Shown: positions 1 to 11,878 of the stretch, piece after piece
Numbering within the stretch: position 1 is the stretch's first letter
Layout: every line of letters starts with the position of its first letter
Assembly: GCA_949358305.1 (NCBI GenBank)
Contig: OX442314.1
Span: 5,704,001 to 5,768,000 of the forward strand
Length of the DNA: 64,000 nt
Source: Strigamia acuminata
Lineage: Eukaryota
Reading direction: 5' to 3'
Program-made: the position numbers and the translations under genes
The notes under the pieces: generated by a model
The model's input: only the letters and a program-made list of their open reading frames with translations
The model's database searches: none
Told to the model about the DNA's origin: nothing

Positions 1-62
1 CGCCGTCGCCCGTCCCGTCCCGATCCGCCGTCGCCCGTCCCGATCCGCCGTCATTCGTCCCG
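1..62. repeat. GC-rich short tandem repeat (CGCCGTCGCCCGTCCCGATC-like units), truncated by window start
   Basis: About 3 imperfect 20-25 bp units visible. Confidence 0.7.
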
Positions 63-617
63 TTATACAGTATATAGCATGTAGTTTTTTTGTAATAAGT
101 ATGACGTCTACATTATTGCGCAATGCGCATGTTCAATTTAAAAGCATTCTGGTTCTGCACATCCGGACTGGTGTCATGGCGTCATGCTCTCACCATCGCC
201 GTCGCCAAGAAGAACCAGTTTGCACATTGGTTATATACATCATAAACACAGCAAACATCAAAGAAAATTATGAGTTTTAATGAGGCCAAAATTCTGTTTT
301 GGTCAAATTGTGCTTAACCGTGAATGTGTTCATATGTAGGTCCTTCGGTTGTAACATTTTTGTCGTACGTCGTAATCCCTCGAGTACATGGTGCATAAAA
401 ATTCCATTTCTTTCATTTAAACAACGAATTGTGGTAGTGACCCCTTATTTAAACATAATTTAGCATTTACTCACATTTTGGGCGTGGATGCTTCACCTGA
501 AATTGTTTATTGTCTGATCTGTCTATCTAACGTTCGAGGCGGCTATTTTGAATTTGGTTGTAAAAATCAAAACTAGACATAAACCGATTCATAAACTACT
601 CCAGTTGTAGTTTTAGC

Positions 618-856
618 CAGGGCCGTTTCGACCTATGAGGCAAAGAGGCGGCCGCCTCAGGCGGCACACTGACAGGGGCGGCAATTTTGGCCAAAAAAAA
701 AAAGAAAATTTTTTTTTTTTTTTTTTTCTAAAATGATTTTTGGACGTATTCAGAAATAAGTTTTTTTTTTTGTTTTTTTTTTTTTTGGGCGGGGGGAGGG
801 GGGGGCGGCATTTTTAATGTTCGCCTCACCACAGATATTTACTAGGAACGGCCCTG
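618..856. mobile_element. hAT-type MITE
   Basis: TIRs CAGGGCCGTT/AACGGCCCTG; 8-bp TSD GTTTTAGC at 610-617 and 857-864. Confidence 0.85.
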
Positions 857-1390
857 GTTTTAGCCTAGTACTCATAACACCATTCCGTTCTTGGAATGGT
901 AACAGGAATCAACGCCTTAAGTTTCCTGCCAAGGGTGGTACTCACAAAAATTTTTTTTAGACTCTGAATCACCCTTGCACGTGGAAATGAAGTGTTTCCG
1001 GCCCCGATGGTGCTCGAAAAAATTTAATTGTTTCAGACTCTGAATAAATTTTGTTTACCCAGAATTCCCTTGTTTTTCATCTAAAATTTGCAACTGGTCA
1101 CAACCGGTTGCAAACAAAGCCACCCAACTACTACAATTGAACACGTTTGTTTTTCTAATTTCTGCACATGATGACATATACACACCACCGACAGCAGCCA
1201 GTATTAAACCCAAACAAACATCTTCTTAGTCATCTTCAGCCTCAGATAAATCGAACAAAGCTTCATTGCCATTGCATTCAATCTCCTCGGACACTTGGCT
1301 GATCACATGACTCACAACATCCTATGCCCATGTTAGAAAAAATAAAAAAATTTCTGTTTTAAAATCGCTGCCAAATAAAAAAAAATTTTG

Positions 1391-1648
1391 ATTCAGGACA
1401 AGTTGAACATTTTTAATGCCATTAACAATGGCAAGAAGCTACCAATTGTAGCAGTTGAATTTAATTTGTCCCGTTTTACAATTTCAACAGTTTTTAAGAA
1501 TCGGGATAAAATTAACATGATTTCATGAATAAATAATGTTGTTTATGATGAAATTATATTTTTTTCAGCTAATTCGTTTTAACGAATTCTCGTTACAACG
1601 AATCGATTTGTCTGGTCCCTTGCGATTCGTTTTAAAGAGTTTTGACTG
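1391..1648 (+). mobile_element. Internally deleted pogo/Tigger-like remnant (CENP-B-type HTH fragment plus right TIR)
   Basis: 1391-1528 translates IQDKLNIFNAINNGKKLPIVAVEFNLSRFTISTVFKNRDKI, resembling a Tigger N-terminal HTH; ends ...GAGTTTTGACTG followed by TA; left TIR not found. Confidence 0.6.
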
Positions 1649-2291
1649 TAGTCACTAATCCATGACTAGGAAGCAAAAAGTGGGGCAACCACTATATAAA
1701 TTAGAAAACCAAGTAGCCCAAAATCAAAAATACAAAAACGTATTAATATGAATGTTCCCAAATTACACCACAACCACTCCCAATGCATCTTGGTACTACC
1801 CGCAAACAAGTTGAGTAGGTGGGTATCAGGTTCGCAGGTGCTTGAGAGCTTGAGGGTCACAATAATTTCGTTAGATGCGAGTGGAAGAGGAGGAGAAGGA
1901 GAGAAAATAGGTTGATAAGGGCAAGAGAGAGTATAAAGTTGCTTACTGAGCGAGGCCGGGAGTCAAAAAGCTTCAAACATACCCGCGAGAAAGAGCAGGG
2001 ATTGGAGATTTGAGACATCAAGAAAGTAACCTAAAAATGTCATGTCGCGCTTTGAAATAGCGTACGGATTTCGAAAAGTGACATCGCGCTTTGAAATAGC
2101 GTATGCATGCCGAGGCGCGATGTCGCACTCTGCTATGTCGTGCCCAGTACAACAGCCCATTCAGGATTGGCTCCCACTGGATCAAGGTGATACAAAATAC
2201 AGAACATTGGTGATGGTATTTGGCTGTTTTTGACGTCATTCTTCTTGACCCCCATCTTGATCCCTTTGACATTATGCATACACATCATACA

Positions 2292-2981
2292 TAAGCCTGC
2301 TATTTTTGCAGAAAATAAATTTTCCCTAAAATGTTTTCATAGTTGCGGATAGAACAAATGCAGCATTTTGGCACTAAAATTTTTGAATTTTGAGGTACTT
2401 TTTGGTCCGCAATTTCCGCAATTCGCGCAATTTTTGCGGAAATTCCGCAATTTGCCAATAATGGCCGATTATTGGCCAATAATGGGCCATTATTGGCAAA
2501 TCGCGGGTGTGATAGTATTACGTGATACAGTATCATGAAGTAATTTCGTTTAAAAACTTAAAATCATGTTTAAAAACTTTAAATTTCGTTTAAAAACTTC
2601 AAAATATGTTTAAAAACTTCAAAATATGTTTAAAAACTTCAAAATATGTTTAAAAACTTCAAAATATGTTTCAAAACTTCAAACTTTGTTTAAACACTTC
2701 AAATTTCGTTTAAAAACTTTAAATTTCGTTTTAAAACTTCAAATTTTGTTTTAAAACTTTAAACTTCCTTTAAATACTTCAAATTTTCTTTAAAAACTTC
2801 AAATTTCCTTTAAAACCTTGAAATTTTGGTCAAAAACTTCCCGGATGAGCCCGCAATACGTCCACAATACGTCCGCAATACGTGCGCAATACGTGCGCAA
2901 TACGTCCGCAAAATGGCAGTTTTTTTATCCGCTTTCCGCCCGCAATTTCAATGTTTTTAGTCCGCAAAAATAGCAGGCTTA
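2292..2981. mobile_element. hAT-type MITE with internal minisatellites
   Basis: TIRs TAAGCCTGCTATTTTTGC/GCAAAAATAGCAGGCTTA; 8-bp TSD ATCATACA at 2284-2291 and 2982-2989; 20-bp array (AAAATATGTTTAAAAACTTC) ~2542-2840 and 11-bp array (CGCAATACGTC) ~2851-2910. Confidence 0.85.
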
Positions 2982-3693
2982 ATCATACAGTTTACCTTCA
3001 ATTTTTATTACTATTATAGCACTTACTTGATTAATTAAAATTGCTATTTAGATCTCGCTGCAAATCCTACAGAAAATTGACTCCGAACTTTCTACTGTTT
3101 TCCAGAAAAAACAAACAACCTAATTGTTTCTCTCGTATTTGCATTTGATTTTCTAACTCCTTCAGAAGTATGTAACCGGAATATGAAGGTATGGTAAAAA
3201 CTAAAATCATTGGACAGAAAAATACCTCAACAAAGTGAGAGTCCGATCGACTGGAATCCTGTTCACCCACAGGGTAACCAGATTTGGCGAAAGAAAAACC
3301 TGGACAATGCACAATTTCTCAAAACATTAGTGTGATCGCTTGGCCACCCGATGGTGGCCTGGGTAGATGGGAGACTCTGACCCTAGACAACAATTCATAA
3401 AAGTAAACATAAAAGCAAACAATCTGGAGTCCCTGTCTTATTGTTACGTAAGCTCATCCCAAGCTGCTATGGCTAACATCATGCTGTCATATTAGTCACG
3501 CAATCCGGGAAGAATCATTTTGTCGCCAGACGATTAGTAGACTAAATAATCGTCTCCAAAAAATTGCTCTGGCTGGATTCCCTGGATCTACCCTTGCTGA
3601 CTTGACCAGGTATTCAGTAGATAGCAGTCTAATTGGCCAGTAATGGGGTCAGCTAAATTCCTGGAAAAGAGCTTTTTAAAAGGAAAAACTGTA

Positions 3694-3696
3694 AAA

Positions 3697-3743
<47 letters not shown>
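3694..3743. repeat. (AAAT)n microsatellite
   Basis: Direct observation. Confidence 0.95.
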
Positions 3744-3857
3744 GCGGAGCAGGTTTTAGAAACAATCTGCTACGCATCCAATGCAGTGGGGTGTTGCTAA
3801 AACCAACTTGGTTAGTGATGAGCAAAAAGTCGACAGTCGCTGATTTATGGTTTAGGA

Positions 3858-5273
3858 GGGGTTGGACCTATTCCGTCCCGCCCAAAACCTCCCCTTGGGC
3901 CATTTCCGCCCCATCCCAATTCCGCGGCAAATTTTAATATTTAAATTAAATAAAAATTATTTAAATAAAAATAAAATATAATAAAATTTCGCAAAGCCCA
4001 ATTCCACCTAAATACATTGCGGGGCAGAATTGGTTTACAACTACCTGAACTGGATCGCTCGGACGAAGTGTCGAATAAAACAGTGTACGATCACAAAATC
4101 ACCGAAAATTCAACTTACTCGCCAACCGGCGGTGCCGAGCGTCGAAGAGAACGTTGCGGATCGTTGTTTGGAGTTTGCGTCCAAGATTTATTTGGGCTCG
4201 GCGGCGACGGCATTTAATTGTCGTGGGACGAGCGTGCACACTACGAAAACGCCGGATAAGTGGCGTGAGTGAGAGTCGACGTTGCTGGCCGACAAGCTCG
4301 GCGACTTGGACGACATTGCGCCGTGTTCGTCGTCGCCCAAAGCCGTTTACAATGCAATACAGCCGTACAAGTTCTATCAGGATGCTTCACGACTGCTAAG
4401 TGATCCGACAAGTCGACTGCAAATTAATCGCGTGCAAACTGAGTGGCGATATCATCGCTTTGTTCGACCAACACGCGGTGCACGAACGAATCCGATTGGA
4501 AGAAGTCTAAGTTGAGATGGACATTTTAAGCGAGGACGATTTGGTCAACGTGAAACGCGTTTCGCTCAATCCGCTGATGGATTTGACGATGCGCGAGGAG
4601 GAAATTCTCTCTTGCAACCGTTCCAGACGTTCGCGGCCAAATCGACCTCGCTTAAAATGTCCATCTCGGCTTGGAGTTGTTTCAGTCCAAATAAATCTTG
4701 GACGGGAACTACAAACAACGATTTGCAACGTTCTCTTCAACGCTCGGCACCACCGGTGGCGAGTAAGTTGAATTTCCGGTGATTTTGTAAACGTACACTC
4801 TTCTTTTCGACACTCCGTCGCCCTCCGTCCGAGCGATCCAGGTCAAGTCGTTGTAAACATTCTGTGGCTCTCTGTTCGGTATTTTCCGTCGGAGCGATGC
4901 AGTTTGGGTCGATTTGGACATTTTCCTTCGCGATTTCCTTCTACAATGCAGAGAAACTGCTCTCGAACGTTTCGCAAGACACGTCGACGTCGCACCGACC
5001 GATCACCGGCGACGGCTGCAATTCCAGTGTTAATTTGTTGATTTGTTTATTCCTGTATGTATTGTTTATTACATAACAGAAATAAAACAAATTTCAGACA
5101 TCAAATATTTTGGATTGGAATTGGGACTGGGCGGAATTGGGACTGGGGCGGAATTGTGAGGGGCGGAATTGGGACGAGCGGATTTGGATTGCATCAAGGC
5201 AGAATTGCAACCTTTTTTACCGAGAGGGGCGGTTTTGGAACCTGTGGAATTGGTTCTGGCGGAAATGAACCCC
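3858..5273. mobile_element. Putative TIR DNA element with degenerate subterminal repeats and an internal inverted duplication
   Basis: Ends GGGGTT/AACCCC; CCCAATTCCGC-type motifs at left mirror GCGGAATTGGG motifs at right; no convincing TSD. Confidence 0.4.
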
Positions 5274-5505
5274 GTCCGTCTAGGAGCCGTCTATGAGGCC
5301 CACCTATATGTTTCATAAATGTATTTCAATTATGTTAATGACAATTTCAATATGTGATTCAATGAAGTATTGAAATTTAATTTAATTTTAATATGCATCA
5401 CAAAGTGAACCCCAAATCTGTATGATTAAGTTGAATGCATCAATTTTCTCTTCCCTAAGTTAAAACACAAAACCACCTAATTTTGAATTAAATAATATTA
5501 CTCAG

Positions 5506-5601
5506 TTATTCCTAAACAACAAGGAAGAGGAAGTTAACTTTCTGGAATCGTTGCCTTCAGTCTATGGATGGATGAATAGTGCAATACTTCGAGTAATTAC
5601 G
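5506..5601 (+). CDS. DEG/ENaC (ASIC/pickpocket-like) channel gene, internal exon
   Basis: AG/GT bounded 96-bp phase-0 exon (LFLNNKEEEVNFLESLPSVYGWMNSAILRVIT), in frame with the downstream exons. Confidence 0.6.
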
Positions 5602-5695
5602 GTAACTAATTATAAATATACTATGAACTATGAAATATACTATATACTATGAACACAGTACATCATGTTTATACTGACCTTGATTTTATCAATAG

Positions 5696-5805
5696 ATTGT
5701 GCAAAGAAATGCAAAGCGTAATCCATGTGAAGAAAACAAAACTGCTTATTTGGCGTGCAAAAAGGCTTGCATGCAAAACAATTTATTTAGAAGTATTAAC
5801 TGCAG
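5696..5805 (+). CDS. DEG/ENaC channel gene, Cys-rich thumb exon
   Basis: AG/GT bounded; IVQRNAKRNPCEENKTAYLACKKACMQNNLFRSINCR joins in phase 2 to LPYM of the next exon. Confidence 0.75.
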
Positions 5806-6244
5806 GTGTGGTTAAATAGTTGATTTCATTTTATTCACATCTCAGTGTTGATTTTCTGTATTAGCAAGCCTGTCTACAACTATTCACAAATCTATAGCGT
5901 ATTTTGCGGAATTTAAGACGGGCTTTTCTTTACTTAGAAAAGTCAACCAAATATTTGTGCATGTTTTATGGTCCAAAGTGGGTCTTATTGTAGAAAATCA
6001 GGGAATCCCATAAAATTAAGTCAGGGTTTCCCACGAGAATAAATCGAGGAATTGTGAAAATAATAATTAAAAATAATATTTAAGAATTTTTTTAATGACA
6101 ACATTATTTTTTATAAAAATTGTCTCCGTGTCTTTTGCTCTGTAAAAAAAACAGTGTTCCTTATTTTCATTGAGTACGTTTTTATTTATTTTATATGTTT
6201 TGCTGTCATTTATTCGTGAACTAAAAGTTACTTCTTATTTACAG

Positions 6245-6623
6245 ATTACCGTATATGTCAGGATCTAATTTGCCAGATTGCAACACTACAAAAGCTGTTA
6301 CTACCGCTCATCGAATGTACATCAATAACTGCGATTCGAATCAAAAAGAGTGCAAATGTAAACGACCTTGCGAAAATATTTTTTACCAAACTACGTTGTA
6401 TGGGAGTAAGTTACCAGCTGACTACATCACGTTTATAACCGTTCGATTAGCCGATAGTTTCACCGAGAACATAGAAGAGCACGAGAAATATCCAATATCT
6501 CAATTGTTAAGCGATATCGGCAGCATTCTAGGATTAACTTTGGGAATGTCATTATTATCGTTCTACATTTGCATTCTAAACACTTTTAATTGGTTCAAAG
6601 TCTGTTTGGTAAATCGTCGTTAA
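6245..6623 (+). CDS. DEG/ENaC channel gene, terminal exon (pre-TM2 and TM2)
   Basis: Acceptor TTTACAG at 6244; CKCKRPC...Y...YPISQLLSDIGSILGLTLGMSLLS matches the family TM2 signature with GxS filter; AATAAA at 6895-6900. Confidence 0.85.
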
Positions 6624-7805
6624 TTTGTGGCATTGTTTACAATTTTCAAATCAAAATTTCACAATTACACAAGTTCAGACAATTTTTCCAAATTTTTCCA
6701 ATTGCCATTATATTTCGATTTGCGTTGTTGCAAAAACTATTTTGTGATGAGTAAAATGCCTTTTGAACCTCCAGCACATCTCACAATCTAAACTCTACAG
6801 CGAAGGCAGAAATAATAGAAAAAGCAGAAATTCATGTACCATTTAAACTTCCGTATCTTATTTCATTGTACGATATAATTGTACGTTAAACATTAATAAA
6901 TCTGCTTCGTTTTCGTGTTGTTTCATTGCGGTGCCAGCATTCGTTCTTTATCATTTAAAAAAAAAACTAGAAACGCATTTTTTTCTGTGAGGGACAGAAC
7001 ATCTAAATCAGCTATCGCAAGTAAACGGTTGTCAAGTCGTTTCTGCCACGCGGTTGCCCATTTTATATCGCCCACCGGACGTTGTAAAAATAATTTAAAC
7101 AGTTGTAAAATTCATCTAACCTGCTTGTTGGGTGTATTTTGTGCCCAGGAATTGATTGCCATTGATGGTTTGGTGGTCCCAAATGATCTAGAGGGTTGAG
7201 ACCACATCTCGGACAGGTGAGATTTCCGAGGGTGGTTTTTCGGCCATTAGTGTCTATCTCGCATTTTTTATGACGTCATGTATCCAGAATTTGGGGTTTA
7301 ATTCTATTTTGAAGCGATTTTAAAATCTGTACGATAATGAATAAATGTTTCATTAATTTTAGTATTATTTGATGTTTTGAAATAATGAATACGTTACGTG
7401 GAATGTATTTAGAATTAATATACAGGGTGTCCCAAAAGTCTGAACCACCCCAAATAATTTCCAAAATACTTGAGATATCAGAAAACTGAAGAAAAACTCA
7501 TAGGGGAAATCTTTCATTGCAAATCTGATGGGATCCTCAAATTTGACCTCAAAGGTCATTTTCAAGGTTATTCACTTGCTAACTTCTAAACCAATCAGGT
7601 TAGAGCAAAATTTCCAATTACTAAGTTGTAGAGAATCATCTAATTAGTCTAGAACCGTTCTTAAAAAAATTATTTCTTACGGAAAGGTTTTGAGAAAAAA
7701 AGGTTTGAAATGTTAGTCTACTCAGCTTTGTAACTCAGCTTTTTAACTTAAAACTATTGAGGCAACCAAGCTAATCCTCAATTAGGACACTTTATTGGGT
7801 CATAC

Positions 7806-8625
7806 TGTGGTGACCCAGTTGGATAAGTGTCCCCCCAGGGCGGATACTTGTCCTATGAGTCACTATGATTAAAGAGTCGTTCCCCCCCGAGTTGGCTCCA
7901 CCTCCCCATGGCAGGTGTGTGCCCCGAGGGGGAGGAAGCGGCTGGTGGTCAGCCCCCATTGGTTGATCGCCGGCCCTTCACCCCACTGCATAAAAGGCTG
8001 TGTTTCCCGCCTAAAGACAGAACTTACACAAACGACACCAAGAACACAGCAACTACCTCACCGTCAGGCCAACTTCAACTACAAGTTAGGATTGATCGAG
8101 GATCGCTGAGTAAAGTGCAAACTGTAACTCTCACGAAGTCACTTGCGAGCTATTCCTGCGAAAGCACGAGAATAGCCCTTGTGAAATCACCCAGAATAAT
8201 CGCCCAGACGATTATTCGCCGAAGTAAGTGTCCGAGTGCTTTGTAGGGAACCCCAAAGTTCCTAGACGAGGCCTCTGCGACGCTAAACAAACCCTAGACA
8301 ACAGGCACGGATAGAAGACTCGAAAGAGCATTCCACCGCGTCCGTGAAGACGAATCCGTGACGAATTAACGACAACTCGAGACGCCGCCTTTGTTCCGCC
8401 GACCACGCGGAATCGACGACGCCATCTTGAGAAATCCTTTGTTCGACGCTGACCACGTCGACTCTAGAATTATTACTGAGTGTATTTTAAAGGCATAAAG
8501 CCTGGTGAATAAATTACCTGTTTATTTACATACATTTGGTATTCATTTGGGTATTTACATAATTGATCACAGGTAAAGTATTACACGTTAGCGCTATTTA
8601 AACCTATACCAAGTAGGACGCGACA
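7806..8625 (+). repeat. Element A 5' LTR
   Basis: TGTGGTGACCC...GACGCGACA; appears identical to 19854-20673; CATAAAA ~7989, AATAAA ~8508. Confidence 0.97.
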
Positions 8626-8627
8626 CG

Positions 8628-8645
8628 TGGGGGTCTGTCCGGGAT
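8628..8645 (+). promoter_or_regulatory. Element A primer-binding site, tRNA-Pro-like
   Basis: TGGGGGTCTGTCCGGGAT, 2 nt after the LTR; close to the tRNA-Pro PBS TGGGGGCTCGTCCGGGAT. Confidence 0.8.
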
Positions 8646-8719
8646 TTAGAAATAAATCTCAAATCTGAACTTGTGATCTCTCAATAAGATAACCCAAATC
8701 GTAGAATTACCGAAAGAAA

Positions 8720-11700
8720 ATGTCAGACAAAGACGAGCAATCCACGTCTGAAACCGAGCAGAGAATGCCCGAGAAGGGAAAAAGGACCTCCGACTACCAC
8801 CTGAGATCGGATGGTCCCGTCCCTGAAATGTCCGCAAAGGCGAAAGCCCGAGCGAATAAAAGGAGAGCGAAGGCGCAGAAAGAGGAGCAAGCTGCATCGC
8901 TCGCGGCCCTAGACGGGCCAGAGCGAGAGCGGGTTCCCTTGAATATGCAACCCTTCGAGGATACCGATCCGGAAGCCATAGAAAATCGAGAAGAAATTCG
9001 CGACGTATCGCCAGGACGAGTATCGATATTGATGACCGAGGAGACGAATGAAGCTCCGAAAATAACGGTCACGGTCGGCACGAATCCATCGCCACCCACG
9101 GCTCAGACGTCCGTGGAGCAAACCCCACGAAAAAACGACGGCGGGACCCCGATAACCCCCCGAGTTACGGCGAGTCCTGCGGTTGTTTCCTTCGAGGTAT
9201 CTCACCTAATTCGGTTGACACGGCAAGCTGCCCAACTGAAAGCGATGATAGACATTCCAGTAGGAACGTCAGTCTGGGAATCGATTACTCTACTCACTGA
9301 CGCTATCTGCGCGGCACAAGCCCCGACGCCGGTCGCAAGACCAGCAGCGGAGACGCCCATGCCCCAGGTAACGCCCAGTGACACCGGAGGTTTCGCGCCA
9401 GACCCCAACCGGGCACTTCACCAATCCAGAGAGAAGGCCCGCGAAGAAGCCAGACAAGAAGCGACTAATCGCCAACGAAGACTGAGCGCAGAGCGGCGAG
9501 AACTCTGGAAGGAAGAGGAAGAAAGGGAGCAACGCGAAAGAAGAACCACCGAGAGAACAGAAAAACTGGTCCAAAAAATGAGGGAGGAACGAGAAGCTAA
9601 AATTCGAAAAGAATGGAACGCCACGGTGGAAGGGCGACATCGAGAAGCTCAAGAGTACGAGGACCAATTTCAAGCGCTCGTAGCTCAAAGAAAAGCAGAA
9701 AAGCTACAAATGTTGCGAGAAGAAGCCATTTTACAACACCAAAAATGGGAAGAACAACATCGCGAGAGGTTGAGAGAAGAGGAAGCCAGAAAAGAAAAGG
9801 AACAGTTCCTGAAAGAGAAAGAGGAATGGGACCGAGTCAGATGGACCGAAGAGTACAAAGCAAAGAAACAAGCCATAATAGATGAGCAAAAAAGATGGGA
9901 AGCCGAAAACTGGGAGAAAGAAACAGAAAAGTTCCAAAAAGAGTACGAACAAGGTGTCTCGGGCAGGAAGAAAAGGGAAGAAAACCCGAAACGGAAGTCA
10001 GAACCCCCAAGCGGCTCTGATACCGACACAGGAGAAGATGCAGCAAAGCCGGCAAAAACGGCAAAAAGGGGGAAATCTCAAAAGAGAGACGGATCGGTCC
10101 CAAAAACAAAGGACCGTCACCCCTCAAAAAGATCCGAGACGGGAGCAGCCATCGACGCGTTACTCGAAAAGAAAAACGCAAATAAAAATCGGGAACGCCC
10201 CGAAAGCGAGGAAAACAGATGGCATTCTTTTTACGAGAACAACGACGGAGGGGAGCCGCCGCCATCCGGAGGCTCGAAACAGAAGAAGGCTGGCGGAGAG
10301 ACCCCACCGAGAGGGCCGAGGTTTCACCCCCAAGGAGATCCCTCCGAGCCCTCCGATTCGTCGGACGACGACCATCCGAGTCGACCGTCTACAGGGAGGA
10401 GTCAAGAAGACAGCGATGGGCACCGGTCGAACCGGCCGAATGCTTCAGACCGCTCCTCCCGGAGCTCCAACCCTCGTTCGGAGGAAGGGAACTTTCAGGA
10501 CTCATCTGACCGACATTACACGATGTCTGAGCTAGGCCGAGCCCTGCTGAACTCTTTCAGAAGAGAAGGAATAGATCTAGGCCATCCAGGCGACGAACAT
10601 AATCGCGCCGGAGAGAGGGTTAAGCGCAAATATGGCGTACGAAACGAACCAAGCAGCGAAGCCACGGGTAACATCCGTTGGCAACACTACATACAAACAC
10701 GATTCGACGGTTCGTGGAAGGCCGGAGACCGCTTCCTAGACGAAGTAATGCGTATCAAGAAAGCGACAAAAGCCACCGTCGCCGACATGCTAACCCACGG
10801 TCTAGTGGAGCTAACCACGGGGTCAGCTCGAGAATGGTATCAGGGACTGAAAAACCCAACCTGGGACGATTTTCTCGTCCGTTTCGATCTCCGATACGGC
10901 GAGACTCCAGACGAGATCAGTAACAAATTACGTGGTCTACGGCAAGCCCCAGGAGAAACATTAGCCGACTACGACGCCCGAGCGAAACTCCTGTTTGCAA
11001 GAGCGCCGTACGAAATAAACCCCGCTGGTTTTACGATGATCTTTTACGGAGGATTATCGGCCCACTCGCAAAGAATTCTGCTAGACATGCGTGCACCCCG
11101 CACTGGCGATTACCAAGATGTCAGTAACTATCTTCTAACAAACACGTTAGAAATAGAACAGCGGTATTACGCCACTCTGCCCCCGGAAGAAGCTGACGCG
11201 CACGAGAAACGGTTGCAGACGAGCGCCGAACGCCACAAGACCTCAGAAAAATTAATGAGGCCAAGTGAATATTTGAGCGGCATAATGAGTCTCACCGAAG
11301 CATCCTTCGGACGAATGCTGACGCCTAAAGCAGGCAGTATTCTTCCAGCCAACCCGATAGCTGCCCCAAAGAAAGCACCGGCAGCGACGGCGATGCAGGT
11401 GACCTCGACGGACTCCACCCAGATGGAGAAAGTCGAAGAGACAACACCTCTCGCCACGGCTAAAGAAGAGGAGCCAGCATCGAGCGACGAGGAAGCCCTA
11501 AATGAGCACCTCGAAAACTTATCGACGGGATGCGACGATCAAGGTCCCTATTTGCACCATGCACACCGGGCCTTGGCAATCACACAATTCAGAGCACACG
11601 TGCAAGCAACAAAAGCGAGAGGAGCATTGGGAGGAAAAAGACGATTCCCGACGCCCTTCGTCCCGAAAAAACCGGGATTCACTCCCACAGGGGATAAAAG

Positions 11701-11860
11701 TAACATCAAATGTTACAGCTGTGGAGAATACGGCCACTACTCAGATAAATGTGAGAAAACCGTCAAAGAAAAGGACATCATGCAAACCATGATGAAAATG
11801 ATGATGGAGTTAAGAACTGATCTGGCAAAAAACTTCCAAGCGCAGGCGTCGCCGAAATAA
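8720..11860 (+). CDS. gag: Element A Gag (1046 aa; long coiled-coil N-terminal extension, capsid-like domain, CCHC knuckle)
   Basis: GSAREWYQGL..WDDFLVRFDLRYG retrotransposon-gag motif; CYSCGEYGHYSDKC. Confidence 0.92.
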   Translation: MSDKDEQSTSETEQRMPEKGKRTSDYHLRSDGPVPEMSAKAKARANKRRAKAQKEEQAASLAALDGPERERVPLNMQPFEDTDPEAIENREEIRDVSPGRVSILMTEETNEAPKITVTVGTNPSPPTAQTSVEQTPRKNDGGTPITPRVTASPAVVSFEVSHLIRLTRQAAQLKAMIDIPVGTSVWESITLLTDAICAAQAPTPVARPAAETPMPQVTPSDTGGFAPDPNRALHQSREKAREEARQEATNRQRRLSAERRELWKEEEEREQRERRTTERTEKLVQKMREEREAKIRKEWNATVEGRHREAQEYEDQFQALVAQRKAEKLQMLREEAILQHQKWEEQHRERLREEEARKEKEQFLKEKEEWDRVRWTEEYKAKKQAIIDEQKRWEAENWEKETEKFQKEYEQGVSGRKKREENPKRKSEPPSGSDTDTGEDAAKPAKTAKRGKSQKRDGSVPKTKDRHPSKRSETGAAIDALLEKKNANKNRERPESEENRWHSFYENNDGGEPPPSGGSKQKKAGGETPPRGPRFHPQGDPSEPSDSSDDDHPSRPSTGRSQEDSDGHRSNRPNASDRSSRSSNPRSEEGNFQDSSDRHYTMSELGRALLNSFRREGIDLGHPGDEHNRAGERVKRKYGVRNEPSSEATGNIRWQHYIQTRFDGSWKAGDRFLDEVMRIKKATKATVADMLTHGLVELTTGSAREWYQGLKNPTWDDFLVRFDLRYGETPDEISNKLRGLRQAPGETLADYDARAKLLFARAPYEINPAGFTMIFYGGLSAHSQRILLDMRAPRTGDYQDVSNYLLTNTLEIEQRYYATLPPEEADAHEKRLQTSAERHKTSEKLMRPSEYLSGIMSLTEASFGRMLTPKAGSILPANPIAAPKKAPAATAMQVTSTDSTQMEKVEETTPLATAKEEEPASSDEEALNEHLENLSTGCDDQGPYLHHAHRALAITQFRAHVQATKARGALGGKRRFPTPFVPKKPGFTPTGDKSNIKCYSCGEYGHYSDKCEKTVKEKDIMQTMMKMMMELRTDLAKNFQAQASPK

Positions 11861-11878
11861 ATTCAGCTTCGTCTGCGC
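11827..11878 (+). promoter_or_regulatory. -1 ribosomal frameshift signal of element A
   Basis: In-frame A_AAA_AAC (11827-11833), 6-nt spacer, stem GCGCAGGCG/CGTCTGCGC; pol is in the -1 frame and open from the slip site. Confidence 0.85.

Noticed and set aside
2542..2840. 20-bp array (and the 31-bp array at 25607) as a CRISPR-like locus
   Set aside because: No unique spacers; eukaryotic minisatellites inside DNA elements
3052..3188. Possible further upstream exon of the channel gene
   Set aside because: Donor is plausible, but the frame from the 3052 acceptor has a stop and the alternative acceptor at 3105 gives no recognisable motif
7908..8406. Short ORFs inside LTRs (A, also B 26366-26956 and C/D 30728-30931)
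   Set aside because: They recur only because the LTRs are duplicated; no motifs, and not conserved between families
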